Source of the DNA: Mytilus trossulus
Taxonomy: Eukaryota
Direction: 5' to 3'
NCBI RefSeq assembly: GCF_036588685.1
Contig: NC_086375.1
Coordinates: 63,178,001 to 63,242,000, forward strand
Length of the DNA stretch: 64,000 bases
Positions 1 through 13,741 of this stretch are shown piece by piece. Each line of letters starts with the position of its first letter. Position 1 is the stretch's first letter. A program made the position numbers and the translations under genes. Below the pieces are notes generated by a model, which saw only the letters and a list, made by a program, of their open reading frames with translations, was not told where the DNA came from and made no database searches.

Positions 1-749
1 CTATTTCTAAACTATTCTGGAGAATAATGATCCTGAAGAGGATTTGATCTTTTAAAATGCAGGATAACAGACAGGTTGTGTAAAACTGATGATTTTCCAG
101 TGAAAGACACAAGGGGATAAAAAGCCTATTATTTCTGAAATAAAAGTATAGTTTAATTTATGATCTTACATGTGATTTTTCTAATTTCAGTTAAATTCCA
201 TTCTTAATTTTATTTCTAGCTACATTGTTCATTTGTACATAATAAGCAAGCTCTCATCCACCATAATCTCATAGTAATTAAAACATGATAAGAGTTTGAT
301 TTTTTGCTCCATGTTGAAGGCCTCACTTTGACTTTGAGATGAAGAACAGCAATAAAAGCACTATTCCTTTGCCGTTTGTGTGTGTTCATTTTTGATGTGC
401 GTTTTCAGACTGTTTCATGAATGGATTCCCTTTATTCTTTTTTTTTTTATATATATAATAGAAGTCTCCCTCAGAAGAAAAATGTCTCCTTTTAACCTGC
501 CAGAGTAAACTAATTTCCATTAGAATAAAAGACATACATATAAATTAGATAACCTTAAAAAATTAAACGAAAATACAAAACAAAATTTTCTATTTCATTA
601 AGTTAATCCTACATCTAGAAGCTTCTTAGTTTGTAAAGATGATACTATAGGTTAGAATGTTTGGGCTTAAAACAGTTAGAATTATCTAAATATGCTGCCT
701 GTAGAAATGAAATGAATTATATGAAAATACTATATATACAAGAACTAAT

Positions 750-831
750 TTAATCAATTTTAAATTTTGCATACAGAAAAGTTTCTTGTCATTTTCCTTA
801 TATAGTATATGGTATGTGTAAAACGCCAATC
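750..831 (-). pseudogene. Degenerate partial duplicate of the last PRORP coding exon, lying in the 3' UTR
   Basis: Minus strand reads GVLHIPYTI*GK*QETFLYAKFKID*, against the functional exon GALHIPF...TTFLCAKFNIK* about 110 bp away. It has internal stops. Confidence 0.6.
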
Positions 832-859
832 ATACAAAATATATCTATATTAAACTGAT

Positions 860-3800
860 TTATTTAATATTAAATTTTGCACACAGGAAAGTTGTTGGAG
901 TTTCATAAGATGTCCTCCTGTCATATTCACTTCTAAAAGGTATGTGTAAAGCACCATCGTCTGTCATCTGTGCTCGTGGATCATAGGTCCTTGGCCACTA
1001 AAAAAAAATAAATAACTTCTGAAGAATCTTTTGAATTGATTGTTTAAACACCACTTTTTAGCACCAAATTTGGGCTATTTCGTGGCAGCCAATTTTTATT
1101 GGTGGAGGTAGCCTAGCGAAAACCATCAACCTTAGGGGCATTTTTTAAAGGAATTACATAAAGATTGCACTCTCATTTCAGCAATATAATTTCTAAACAT
1201 GTCCATATTTATGAACAAAGTATATGTACATGTATTGGTACACTTTTCAAAAGTAGGAACCCACTTCTCCTATAATCAAGTAAGAAAAATAATAACCAAG
1301 TTGTTTTCTACTCCTTCTTCAGGGATAGGAACCATATTCAAAATGTGAATATATTGTTTTGTGTCATGGTAGGAACATAAAAATTATACTGTTCTCGGGA
1401 TATGGTGATCAATTGTTTATATGAATTCTTTGTTGTGACACTAGAATGTGTGATATGTATGATTAAAAGCATTAGAGCATAGGAATTAAATGCAAAGGAT
1501 AATGATAGGCATGCATGGCCTTATTTGGGAATATTTTAAAGTTAAAATATACATTGTATAGATCATTCAATAGATTTTGCTAATAACTACTCATTAAAAA
1601 GACTTTTTCCAAGAAAAATCAATTGCTCTACCAGCAGCCTCATTGTTTAATATATTTTTTGTGAAGGATTTCCATTAAAGTCTGGATAGGTACAAATAGC
1701 ATTGAATCTGTGAAAAGTCAGTCATATCATAACTCATTCATCATTTAACACCAACTCTGCAGTTAAATTCATACACAAATGTACCTACTAAAACTCAGAT
1801 CTATATCTGCAGATATAAAGAAAATGTTTGTAAAAACTACCTAACAGAATGATGGACATTGGTAAAAACAGTGTGCAATGGTCAGTTAGTGGTGTTTGAG
1901 ACATGGTGTTTACAACAGAGAGATATAAACTATGTTAATTATAAATCTGTGCTAAAAAAAATGAATATTGCAGAATGACTGACATTCATTGGTAAAAACA
2001 ATGTCCAATGGTCAGTTAGTGGTGTTTGATAACATAATGTTTACAACAGAGAGATATGAACTATGTTAATTATAGTTCTTTGCTATCTAAATATTTTTTC
2101 TGTATCCTACTAATTCTTTATATTTTAACTTTTTTAAATACATACCAGAACAGTAAAGTGATCACTGTATGCTTTTGTTAGCAAGCTAACCTGCCTAGAT
2201 CTCTGCCATTTTTGGAAAATCTCTCCATGTTTGGTTCCTAGTCTATGCTTACTGTCACGAAAATAATCTTTGGACATAAACATACAGGAATAACCACTGA
2301 ACAATGCACCAAATAACATGTAAGAGTCGTCATGTGTACTGCAAAAAAAGAATATACAGGAATAACATCTAAACAAAATACCAAATAATATATATTGTAA
2401 TGCTATTTGGATGTAAAAGTTTTTTCATTGGCTAAAAGTTGCCGTCAAATCCACAGTTGACCAGACGTAGCTAAGGAGGGACCCTCCATTTTGAATTGAT
2501 TGAATCAACAAATGTTCAATTACACCTATATTACGGGGAAAAAAAACACCTACCTCAAATTCGTCGTTTTTATGTTATTTTATCAGAATTTGAAGCGTAC
2601 GGGTAACGTAATAACCTCCATTTTATAAGTTTCCATTTGTATGAAGTCATGTTTAGCCATGACATATTTTATCAAAATCATTCATGAAGTTTGGCGGATT
2701 TTTTTCTATTTGTCAAATTAGACATTTTTCAAGTTTTATCGTATTTTTTCTTTTTGTAATGCATTAGAATAGGAATAACAGTACTGTAGTTAAAAGTTGC
2801 CACCGTCAATTTTGATTTGACGATCGCAAATCTCCGTTTTACTGTCTCTGCTACGCATAGCCAGTAAACTGCATTCTAATATGACGTGCTTCTTTAGCTT
2901 TGGGTACAAAGCCATGTTCTAATACGAATAGAACATGGGCTGCACGTGATTGACGTCACAATTGAAATTGCAACGTCAGATGAATTTTTAAACAACACCA
3001 GACATCCAAATGGACATTTTTGTTGGTGTTGCTCGCTAGGAAATTAAATAAAAACATTCTAAAAGTAAGTTACAATTTTTCTGTTCTTTTTTTTTATCAA
3101 TAAACTGATGATTTTACTATAACGTTTTTGTTCATCAATCAAAATGGCGACGTTCAAAATATTCCTATTAGAATCGAAATAATTCTATCATGCCATGCTC
3201 TATGCTCATTTTAACATGGGTAGGCATTATATTTGTAAACATTTAATACCTCGCTAACGCTCGGTATTAAGATATTAACAAATATAATGCCTACCCATGT
3301 TAAAATGAGCATAGAGCATGGCAAGAAAGAATTATTTCTTAATTTGCAACTGTCAAATCTACAATTGACGTTGGCAACTCTTCAACTACAGTACTTTCAT
3401 AAGTGGGGGCCCACTGACTGACTGACTGCTCCTGTCACGCTTCAGTGATTCCCTATATAAGCAACCAATTGTTTTCCCTAAAATTTGCAAATTTTTAAGA
3501 AAATTATAAATCCCCAATAATACTCAAAAGAATTTTTTGAATAAAGAAAATGTGGGGGTTGGGAATTAGGCCTACTGATAGAAACCTGTATTGGAGGATA
3601 AAATGGTAACCATTTTATTATGTTTATACAAAAGGGACAAGTGCTAGCCATAGCATGTCCAGGGAGGTGTTGTCACTGTCCCCTCCTGTTAAAAAATAAA
3701 CAGAATTTACCTTCTATCAACTTTAAATGTGTTTGCATTTCTGTATTCTCTAGGGAAAGTTTTTCTTGTTACAACTAATACTCTCTTTCCTTTGTTTGCC

Positions 3801-6800
3801 AAATAATCCACAACCTCTTGACACTGCAAAAAAATCAATAAGTTTTAAAACATTTCTTTTTATGAGTAAGTTTTTTTATCTTTTCCTTTTGACAAGAAAA
3901 CTATGTAAGGACTTAGAAAACTGAGAACCAAACTACCACACACTTAAAAGGCTATTTCCATGTTTAGCTACGTGAAACCCCATTAAACCAATTTAGATCT
4001 CATGTCTTTAAATAAACAGAATGTGCTTAATTTTGTTTTTATTTTTAAGATACTGAAAATTTTCTAGAAGTTTCATTGAATTCCATTCACTTAACTTTAT
4101 AGCTTGCTGTTTGGTGCGAGCCATTGCTCTGTGTTGAAGGCCATACTTTGACCTTACTTTTACAAATTGTGACTTAGATGGAGAGTTGTCTCTTTGGCAC
4201 TCACCACATCGTCTTATATCTACTTAAGTAATACATGTAGCAGTATAAACAAAGTTTACCACCCTTTAGTTTATAGGTCAGGGTCATGTTTTTCAATTAG
4301 AAACTTGTAAAAAGATGGATGAATTGAAAACAACAAAAGAGTACACAAAGATCACTATTCATTTCATTGTAGGATATATGATCATCAAAGGCATTCTTTT
4401 TTTTTATTTATCCATCCAAATCACTGGAAGCAAAAGTTATTATATAATTTAACTATCTACTGTAAATTCAGAAATTTTTGCATGTGGGTTTATTATAGGG
4501 AATTTTAGAGAATGAACCCAAAATGTGAGATTAATTTTTGTCATTTCAGATAAAACTGCATACAGATGTATGTATCAGACATAAGAATGTGAGTTCTCAT
4601 TATTGTGATTCACACCCAGTTGCATTATACGCATGAATAAAAACCTTGCATGATTTCTGAATTTACGGTATTGAAATGTTTGATCAATTAAGATTTCTGA
4701 ATTTACGTATTGAAATGTTTGATCAATTTAATTACTGTAAATGCTGAACTGTGTGGAATATGTTTTTCTATCTTAAATTGGTAAGCATAAATGTTAAACT
4801 TGCTGGCTAAATACATTTACTGTTTTAAAATTAATCATGATTATAGTCTTTACAAGTTTGTCTTGCTTAAACTAAACTGCTTTGTTTGTGTTATAAACCT
4901 CAAATAAGAAAAAAGGATGCTTTTAATTTTGCCCAAAAACTGATATACAAAACATTTTTCAACTATATGTTGCTTTTTTAAAAAAACATATTGATCCCAA
5001 ACTTAAAAGTCGCAAACATCTGTAAGTTCAGAAAGTATTCCAATTTTTTTATTCTTGTGAAAACTGCGACAGGGTTTTAATTGCAATAATTTTAACTTGC
5101 GTTTAAAGGAAATTTTTTATATGAATTAAACCTGATTTTTCTCAATATCGCAAAAACTTAAAATTGCATTTTAGAGTAAAATGACAAAATTGCAATAATT
5201 TTAAATGCACTCAATATGATTTCTGAATTTACTGTATACTTCATCATTTCTTAATGTTCCGAGAATATTTCATGACTGTTGATCAAGAGGCAAATATTTT
5301 TTTTAATTAAATCATAATATATAAATATTATTAACATCACCACAGTAAGCTACATGCATATAGACCTTAAAATAAGGACTGAAGTGATTGAAGCCAAAAA
5401 TAGTAAATGTGATTATGCGATTCAAATCAACCACTGAATATCATAAGATGTAAGACTGTTCAAAGTTTTCCAGGAAAGAATTTATAAGAGGTACAAAAGC
5501 TTAAGAAACTTTGCCTAATTACAGTAAATTCAGAAATTATTGCATACATTTATTATTGTTATATTTTTTAAATGGACAAAAAAGAGAGCTTAATTATTGC
5601 ATTTTTTACATAAAATCTCCATATAGGTATAATAAGTATCATATATCAGAATGTTTGTTCTTATAATTAGATACTCATTGAATAGACCTCTTTCAAGTTA
5701 ATCTGTCACCAAAAAAAACTCGACAATTATGCGCGCCTTTATGACGTGATTTACCAGATAGAGGGGATTGCCTGTATCCCTGCACTATTAACGTTCATCA
5801 AGCGTCATAGTGACCGTCATTGTGCAGGATAAACTAGAAATAGTATTTGTTCCGTAGGTACCTAATCACAATTCCCTTACGATAGCAGTGCTTAGTATCA
5901 ATTATAAGAATTTAATTTGCTGAATTTTGTGTGCAATATAGCATTATCATTTTTTCCACCAATTGCTCAACAAAAGAACGGAAGTGACGACACCCCTAAA
6001 CACATGAAAGATGTTCACTAAAACTAAAGTTTTTGAGGGATTTGCAACAAACTCGAAAGTTGTCTACTATATAATTTGCATTAATGAAAACCTTACAATT
6101 ATTTCTGAATTTAGTCATGACAGTGTAATAGAATAGAAGTTTCTTCATAATATAAGTTCCTAAAGAAACATTATTCTGGAATATTATTTCCACTGGGATA
6201 AATATAACAGTAAATGCTCCTAACGGAATACATGGTATAGAATATTTTTTCCAACATGAATAGGTATTTATATGACATTGTTTATAACAAAGTTTCCAGA
6301 GGAACTTCTGTTAGGTGGAACAAATATACCTTGACACCTGTATGTTATATGTATTGATCTATGTAAGACACTAGCATAAAGTACAGATTTAAGTATGTTG
6401 AGTAAATTAACCTTCTGAAATGAACTTCCATGTTGGTTAGGCCTTGTGACTTGAGAAAATACCAAATTCAGATTATCTATCACTATATCAAATGGACCAT
6501 TCTTTTCGAGAAAACTTAGGAATGTCTTCAACTCTTCTGGTGATGTCCAATAAAAGGTGTCACCCTCATACAAGGTACGATCAAGAAATACACTTCTTAA
6601 TTCCTGAAATTCTTCTTTTGTTAATTCAGCATGTTCCATTTTTCTCATACAACTTTTACACTCTCCCCTGTAAACAAATGAAATAAATTTTTGGAACTTT
6701 AATTCAAACTTTAAAAGTCTATATAACTTTTACTTTTCTGTGAATAAAACTATTGTTTAATCATACATTTATTTAAATCATTAAAAAACTTTTGTCTAAT

Positions 6801-9800
6801 CAAATCTTCATAAAAAGTTTTATAGCACTCAATTCACTCAAAGTGGTAAATTTCTTTTAAAAAGTATATATACATGTAATTTGATTCATTCTGTATTTAC
6901 TTATTTCATGTTGACCAAAAAAAAATTTTTTAATCAAGTTAATCAGTTTGTAGAATGGAATAAAATAGTTAAATCTCCAATTACTAAGAGAATATGTGCA
7001 TACTTGTAATTAATAACAGTTTTCTTTACTTCACAACCATAAACCCTGAAAAACAAAACAAGAAATAAACTACATGGAGATATATTGTCAAAATATGTGT
7101 GCATTATTGCATATTTTGAGAGTGCACACCAACATTGCCTTGTGTTTTATCTCAATGAAAAATCAACATACATGAAGGATCACTTTTGTATCAATTGCCT
7201 TAGGCCAAATAAAATAGTATGTGTGGTTCCAGTTACATCTGAAAACAAGAGGCTCTCAAGAGCCTGAATCGCTCACCTTAATTCTTTTGGTTAAATCTCC
7301 CATCAATGATTATTTTGGCTTTTCAATTTATTTAAATGTTTTTTGGATCGTCCTATTTTCTTCAAAAGCCAAAAAAAATAATCATTTTCTCCTATGTTCT
7401 ATTTTAGCCATAGGAGCTATGTTTCTTGACATACAAGGAAATAAAATATAAAATTTATACTAGATACTCTGAAACTCATTTAGCCTAAGTTTGGCTGAAA
7501 TTGATACAGCAGTTTCAAAGGAGAAGATTTTTTAAAGTAAGTCAACAGTGATGATGAACAAATTGTGAAAAAAGTATTTAAAGGGCAATAACTCCTTAAG
7601 GGGTCAATTGACAATTTTGGTCAAATTGACTTAATTGAAGATCTTACTTTGCTGAACATTATTGCTGTTTACAGTTTATTTCTATCTATAATTATATTCA
7701 AGATAATAAACAAAAACAGCAAAATTTCCTTAAAATTATCAATTCAGGGGCAGCAACCCAACAACAGGTTGTCTGATTCATCTGAAAATTTCAGGGCAGA
7801 TAGATCCTGATAAACAATTTTACCCAACGTCAGATTTGCTCTTAATGCTTTGGTTTTTGAGTTATAAGCCAAAAACGGCATTTGACCCCTTTGTTCTATT
7901 TTTAGCAATGGCGACCATGTTTGTTGATAGATCATAACTTCGGATACAATTTACAAACTAGATACCCTAAGGAACATTCAGTTAAAGTTTGGAAGTATTT
8001 GGCCCAGTAGTTTCAGAGGAGAAGATTTTTGTAAAAGATTACTAAGATTTACGAAAAATGGTTAAAAATTGACTATAAAGGGCAATAACTCCTAAAGGGG
8101 TCAACTGACCATTTCCGTCATGTTGACTTATTTGTAAATCTTACTTTGCTGAACATTATTCCTGTTTACAGTTTATCTCTATCTATAATAATATTCAGGA
8201 TAATAACCAAAAACAGCAAAATTTCCTTAAAATTACCAATTCAGGGGCAGCATCCCAACAACGGGTTGTCTGATTCATCTGAAAATTTTAGGGCAGATAG
8301 ATCTTGACCTGATAAACAATATTACCCCATGTCAGATTTGCTCTAAATGCTTTGGTTTTTGAGTTATAAGCCAAAAACTGCATTTGACCCCTATGTTCTA
8401 TTTTTAGCAATGGCGACCATGTTTGTTGATAGATCAAAACTTCGGATACAATTTATAAATTAGATACCCTAAGGAACATTCAGTTAAAGTTTGAAAGTAT
8501 TTGGCCCAGTAGTTTCAGAGGAGAAGATTCTTGAAATAGTTTACGACGACGACAGACGACAGACGACGGACGACGACGTACGCCAAGTGATGGCATAAGC
8601 TCACTTGTCCCTTCGGGACAGGTGAGCTAAAAAGTCTGGTAGTTAGGTAGGGATTTTTTTATTTTTTTTTTATATATTGAGTCTATGGAAGCAACATTCT
8701 GTCTTTAACAGTGCTTAATGAAAAATGACAATAAAATCATTAGGGTAGGCCATTTTTAAGACAAAAAAGTAGGGAAGGTAGGGTTACTGGAACCACACAT
8801 ACATTTTTATTTGGCCTTAGAGAGGAGCACACAAGTATTTATTCCAAATTGAGTTGCATTTAGTCCTTCCAATGAATTACTTTTAGATTTTTATATTACT
8901 TGAAGATTGCAATTGCACATTTTAAAAAACTGTTTTGTCCCACTATTTGGTAAAAAGAAAATTTTATAAAATTGAAATAACATGAAAATGAGTGAGGACA
9001 TTGCTTAATTTCTAGACTATAAGATTATGGATGTTTGATGGCTTTTTTTTTGCTTGTCACTTTTATAAGTTTGGTTTTCTGAAAAATTTCCGCCTGTCAG
9101 ACTTTAACCATATAATATGGTTTTTAAGATACAAGCTGATAACTTGCATTTACATACATGTTTGTTTATTTTTGATAATAAATTAGAAGCTGTTGTATGA
9201 CTATCACTGAGACAACTATCAACTAATGACCTAAGGACAAATATGTGAACAATTACAGGTTTCTGCATGACCTTTAAGAATAAGCAAAACCTATTTGTTA
9301 TATGTATTCATATAACATGTATAAGGCTACTTCACTGCAAACTGTAAACAACTTTAATGATAAAACTTGATTTATTATTACAATGACTAGTAAAAAAAGA
9401 AAGAAAGAAAAAAAAAAAGGTGACAGCAACCATTGTCACCAATTGGTCAATAAGCTACTGGTTTTGGAAATACACACAAAAAAGTACATGTAGAGTGGTT
9501 AATAGTTCTTTTGAACTCTCAACCTCTACATGTAGCTTGGGACAGTGGTGTAATGACCTAACATAAGAACAACAAGTAGAAATTAGAATGCCAGATTGTA
9601 CCAGTAAAATTTTAGATGAGAGCTTTTTGAGTTTTGGCATACAAAAAAATCTAACAGTTAAAAATACTAACTTTTCCAAGTAGTTTTGAATGTCATTAGC
9701 TGTGTCTTCATTTGGAAATATATAATACTTTTGAAGCATGTTGAGGAGATAGTCAAATGTTGGACCTTCTGGATACTTTTTACATACATCTATAGTTTCC

Positions 9801-10612
9801 TCCAGAATTTCTTGAATAATGCTTTCATGTGGGTCGTGTGAAGGTCTGTCATTGTATCCTTTGTCAAAGGTAGAAATGAAGCACTCTAAATCTTGATTGT
9901 TCAAAGCAGCCTTTAAAATAGGGATATAAAATGAGAATGGTAAACCTTTAAAAGAATCAACCTTGTTTACAAATTCCAGTCCTTTCTTCCATTGTGTCGT
10001 TGTTGAAAAAGCAGCAATTAATTTTTGTAACAACCTCCTGTCTAAAATATCTAGATAACCTTCACATTCCTTGAAATGTGAGTAAATTAGGTCATCATTC
10101 TCATGATTACTGTTAGTTTTCCCTAACAACTCTATGTACTCAACTCTTGGAATAATTCCAAGTTTTCTTCCTTTCTGGGACAAATACTCTAAAAATATAT
10201 TAGCTCCATCTAAATTTTTATCTTCTTCCAGTGCTATCATAACAATATTGTCAAATAGTTTAGATTTATGATGATTTTCCTCTTTCACTCTTGATTCCAG
10301 ATCTTCAAAATACTGAACAGTGAACTGAGTGTTTGACTCGATAACAGCTAAATGAAACTCCTTTAAAACTGTTCCAAATCCATCCCATTTGTCTATACCA
10401 ATTTCTTCAACATTTTCAGTCTCTTTTTTAAAAGAATGGCTTTTTGTGTTTAATTGTCTACATTGTTGAACTTTGATACTACTATAATAATATCTTATTT
10501 TACTATATGTTGGTTTGTTATAAAGACAAATATTCTTAGAAGAATGGAAGTGTGATCTTGTCAAAGTAGCACCGCATCTCCAGGATAGCTTGATCAATTG
10601 CCGAAATGTCAT
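860..10612 (-). CDS. PRORP: Mitochondrial protein-only RNase P catalytic subunit (MRPP3/KIAA0391), 6 coding exons, about 560 aa
   Basis: Exons 9672-10612, 7004-7045, 6412-6667, 3711-3823, 2146-2338 and 860-997, all GT-AG and phase-compatible (1683 nt). Basic mitochondrial-type N-terminus and helical PPR-like region. Zn ligands CKSC ... HIP ... LC. NYN nuclease motifs FDIVIDNLN, HDDSYML, SKDYFRD and FQKWQRSRQ match the order in human PRORP. Confidence 0.93.
2780..3394. mobile_element. Two nested foldback (long terminal palindrome) non-autonomous elements
   Basis: Outer inverted arms at about 2780-2831 and 3342-3394 (agtactgtagtt...gcaaat). An inner element of about 2870-3338 ends in a ~75-bp-arm hairpin at 3176-3338. 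Confidence 0.6.
4460..4668. mobile_element. MITE with TA target duplication (related copies at about 5020-5236 and 5521-6118)
   Basis: ta|ctgtaaattcagaaat ... atttctgaatttacgg|ta terminal inverted repeats. The same termini recur twice in this intron. Confidence 0.7.
7203..8816. mobile_element. PIF/Harbinger-type MITE hosting a nested Helentron-like insertion
   Basis: TIRs ggccaaataaaa..gtatgtgtggttccagt / actggaaccacacatac..tttatttggcc, flanked by TTA on both sides (7200-7202, 8817-8819). Confidence 0.7.
7244..8633. mobile_element. Non-autonomous Helentron/HINE-like element, family 1, with ~500-bp internal tandem repeats
   Basis: Subterminal gctcacc motif, about 2.3 internal units, (GAC/GGAC) microsatellite, and terminal stem-loop agctcacttgtcccttcgggacaggtgagct. 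The family recurs at 11840-13457, 46776-48066 and 59113-60403. Confidence 0.75.
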
Positions 10613-10869
10613 TATGACTGAGTATCTGTATCAAAAGAAATCTTTTCTATTCCATAACGATCAAGTCCATCTTTCTAAAAAATAAATGTTGAGACTGTTA
10701 TTCATGAAATCGTAATTTGAATAACATGTTAAACAATGTATGGTCGATAAGATGTTATGTCATGTAATTAATGTAACATATATTTTGCATCAAATGTTTA
10801 TCTAGTTTCAGATATATGTACTTAATAAGAACATCATTCGTAAATATATGTCAACATGCAGACTTCTTA

Positions 10870-11590
10870 TACGTTTAAGTATTTCACATCCATTTTTTTA
10901 TGGAAATATTCTTTATAAAGCACAAAGGTGTCAGTATTCACCTCAGAAACTAACAAAACCTTTGAATAGACTTTTTAAGAAGGGATATAGTTACGATACT
11001 GTTGTCATTAAAGATTGCATATTTTGGCGTTAGTATTGATTCATTTATATGGTCTTTGCATCTGAACTAAACACATTTATTCAAAAACCAGTTGTTGGCA
11101 TGACACGGGTTGTGTTCTTCTCATATATGTTATGATAGTATGATACTAAACCCCTAACGGGAAGGATTGTGCCTGATGTTCATATGATGAAATCATAATC
11201 TTTCAGTCAGTTTAATTGAAGTCTGGAGTCAGTTAACTGCTAGTAGTCTGTTGTTATTTATGTATTATTGTCATTTTCTTTATTTTCTTTGGTTTCATCT
11301 TCTGACATTAGACTGGGACTTCTCTTGAACTGAATTTTAATGTGCCTATTGTTATGTGTTTACTTTTCTTCATTGGCTAGAGGTATAGGCATGATAGGGG
11401 CGGGTTGAGATCTCACAAAGCATTTTTGCGCCTGTCCCAAGTCAGGAGCCTCTTTGTATTATTTTATTTGAGTTTCTTGTGTACAATTTGGAAATTAGTA
11501 TGGCGTTCATTATCACTGAACTAGTATATATTTGTTTAGGGGCCAGCTGAAGGACGCCTCAGGGTGCGGGAATTTCTCGCTACATTGACA
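10870..11590 (+). mobile_element. Retroelement 3' fragment (possibly Penelope-like) joined to an abundant interspersed repeat
   Basis: Decayed ORF ISHPFFYGNILYKAQRC...LNRLFKKGY resembles, from recall, the C-terminal part of Penelope-like RTs. The downstream part is shared with copies at about 18006, 18900, 19600 and 23141. Confidence 0.4.
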
Positions 11591-11839
11591 TTTTCAGTAT
11601 TACCCTATTATATTAAATTAGTACATGTAATGGAAAAGAAATTAATCTAATTAAATGACCAAAAAGTGTATGATCATCAGTTTGATCAAAATAAGTAACT
11701 AGTGAGGGGAAATAAATTCAATTCAATCCAATTAAGCAATCTAATTACAGCTTGTTGATAAATCAATCTTAAAAACCAACATCTCAATAGATATAAAACT
11801 TACATAGTACTCATAAATCAATGTCTTTCAAACAAACTT

Positions 11840-13457
11840 AACCCTGGGTCAGATTTGCTCTAAATGCTTTGGTTTCAGAGTTATAAGCCAAAATCTACTT
11901 TTTACCCCTACATTCTATTTTTAGCAATGGTGGCCATCTTGGTAAGTTGGCTTGGTCACCTCACACATTTTTAAACTAGATACCCTAATAATGATTGTGG
12001 CTAAGTTTGGTTTAATTTGGCGCAGTGTTTCAGAGGAGAAGATTTTTGTAAAAGATTACAAAAAGGACTAGGTCCGGTAAGACCTCTATTTGGCCCCAAA
12101 ATAAAGTAGTTTTACAAAATTGTCAAAATGTAAACTTTAAAGTCATAAGAAACGAGTGACCGGTGAAAAATGTTGTTCTTTCAATTCTTGAACCAATGTA
12201 TACAAACATCATAAACTTAGTCTTCTGTGCACGAATTTATAATTTTTTTCATGTAAGTTTCGTATAGTCCTCATTTTTTATTTCAATCGGACAGTGTTGT
12301 TGTGAAAATATGGCAGGTAATTAAAGTTCGTGTTTTGAAGCCAAAGTTTAACGATTGTCACCTGTTTCCAGGAAGCAATTAAAATAAAGTAAACTTCTTC
12401 TAAATATGAATAAGTTAAAGAATTTTCTTCAGAACAAAGTATTTGTACATAAGTTTTATAATAAAAACTATCCATTGAGTTATAAATAAACATATGCATT
12501 ATTTTTTTTGATTTGAGGTTTCTTATGACCTTAAGTTATCTATTGGAAAATAGAATGCTTCTTTAACATACTTATGGGTTGTTTTTAACAATAACATGCA
12601 CGTTTATTTGGTATTGGCATTATTAAGTGACTTAAAGTCACGCTTAATTACTGAAATCTTCACAATTATAGCATTTTAGTTAAATTTTAGATGGTTTCCT
12701 GAAATGAAAGTGGCCACATTTGTGTTCATTCTTCATATTGAAATGTAAGTTGTATTTGATGATTTTACATAACATATATATAAAGGTTGAGGATGAACAC
12801 AGATGCAGCCACTTTCGTATTTGATAAAAACCATCTGAAAAGTGACATTTTTTGGCATCTTTGGTAGATTCTTCATATTTGAGATTAAATTGGAGCGTTA
12901 TCAATGACTGAAACAGTTAAAATCTTTCAAATAAATTAATTGAATCAAATGAAAGTGTTTAAAAAGTGTCCAAAACTGACCATTTTGGCATGTTGACTTA
13001 TTTGTAGATCTTACTTTGCTGAACATTATTGCTGTTTACAGTTTTATCTCTATCTGTAATAATATTCAAGATAATAACCAAAACCAGCAAAATTTCCTTA
13101 AAATTACCAATTCAGCCTGGGGCAGTAACCCAACAACGTGTTGTCTGATTCATCTGAAAATTTACCCCATGGCAGATTGCTCTAAATGCTTTGGTTAAGT
13201 TTCAGAGTTAAAAGCCAAAATCTACATTTTACCCTATGATCTATTTTTAGGCATGGCGTCCATCTTGGTTGGTTGGCAAGGTCACTGGACACATTTTTGA
13301 AATTAGATACCCCAATGATGATTGTTGCCAAGATGGTTAAATTTAGCCCAGTAGTTTCAGAGGAGAAGATTTTTGTAAAAGTTAACAACGACGACGACAA
13401 AGGATGCCAAGTGATGAGAAAAGCTCACTTGGCCCTATGAGCCAGGTGAGCTAAAAA
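11840..13457. mobile_element. Truncated HINE family-1 copy interrupted by younger insertions
   Basis: Family-1 sequence at 11840-12060 and 12977-13457, with terminal stem-loop agctcacttggcc..gccaggtgagct. Unrelated sequence lies between. Confidence 0.65.
12141..12530. mobile_element. TTAA-specific MITE (Kolobok-like termini)
   Basis: ttaa|agtcataagaaac ... gtttcttatgacc|ttaa. TIR matches 12/13, RR...YY ends, TTAA TSD. Confidence 0.7.
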
Positions 13458-13741
13458 TTATTTAAACCTGCGAGCCCACTTAATACATATTCAGACTTTA
13501 ATATAGCATAATTTAAAGGATACAATATTCATCAAGCAAGAAAAAATCTACCCAAAATCAAAATCAAAATCACAAGTGTACATAAACAAACAAACAAACA
13601 AACAAATATTTTATTTGCCAATCACGGCGCCCAAAATGAGCAGAATAATTACAATATAATTTTCAATCATAATGTACAGTAAATTAAAAATAGGTCAAAC
13701 AAAGTACATAATATGATTGATTTTGATTAACTTGATTGATA

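Noticed and set aside
1845-2075. Two-copy ~125-bp intronic duplication
   Set aside because: Ordinary local tandem duplication with no coding or structural signal.
8832-8879. Alternative candidate for PRORP exon 2
   Set aside because: No GT donor in the required phase. 7004-7045 fits with canonical sites.
9455-9671. C-terminal extension of the 385-aa ORF
   Set aside because: Read-through past the PRORP exon-1 donor at 9671/9672 into the intron. The same applies to the tails of ORFs 6268-6648 and 2134-2376.
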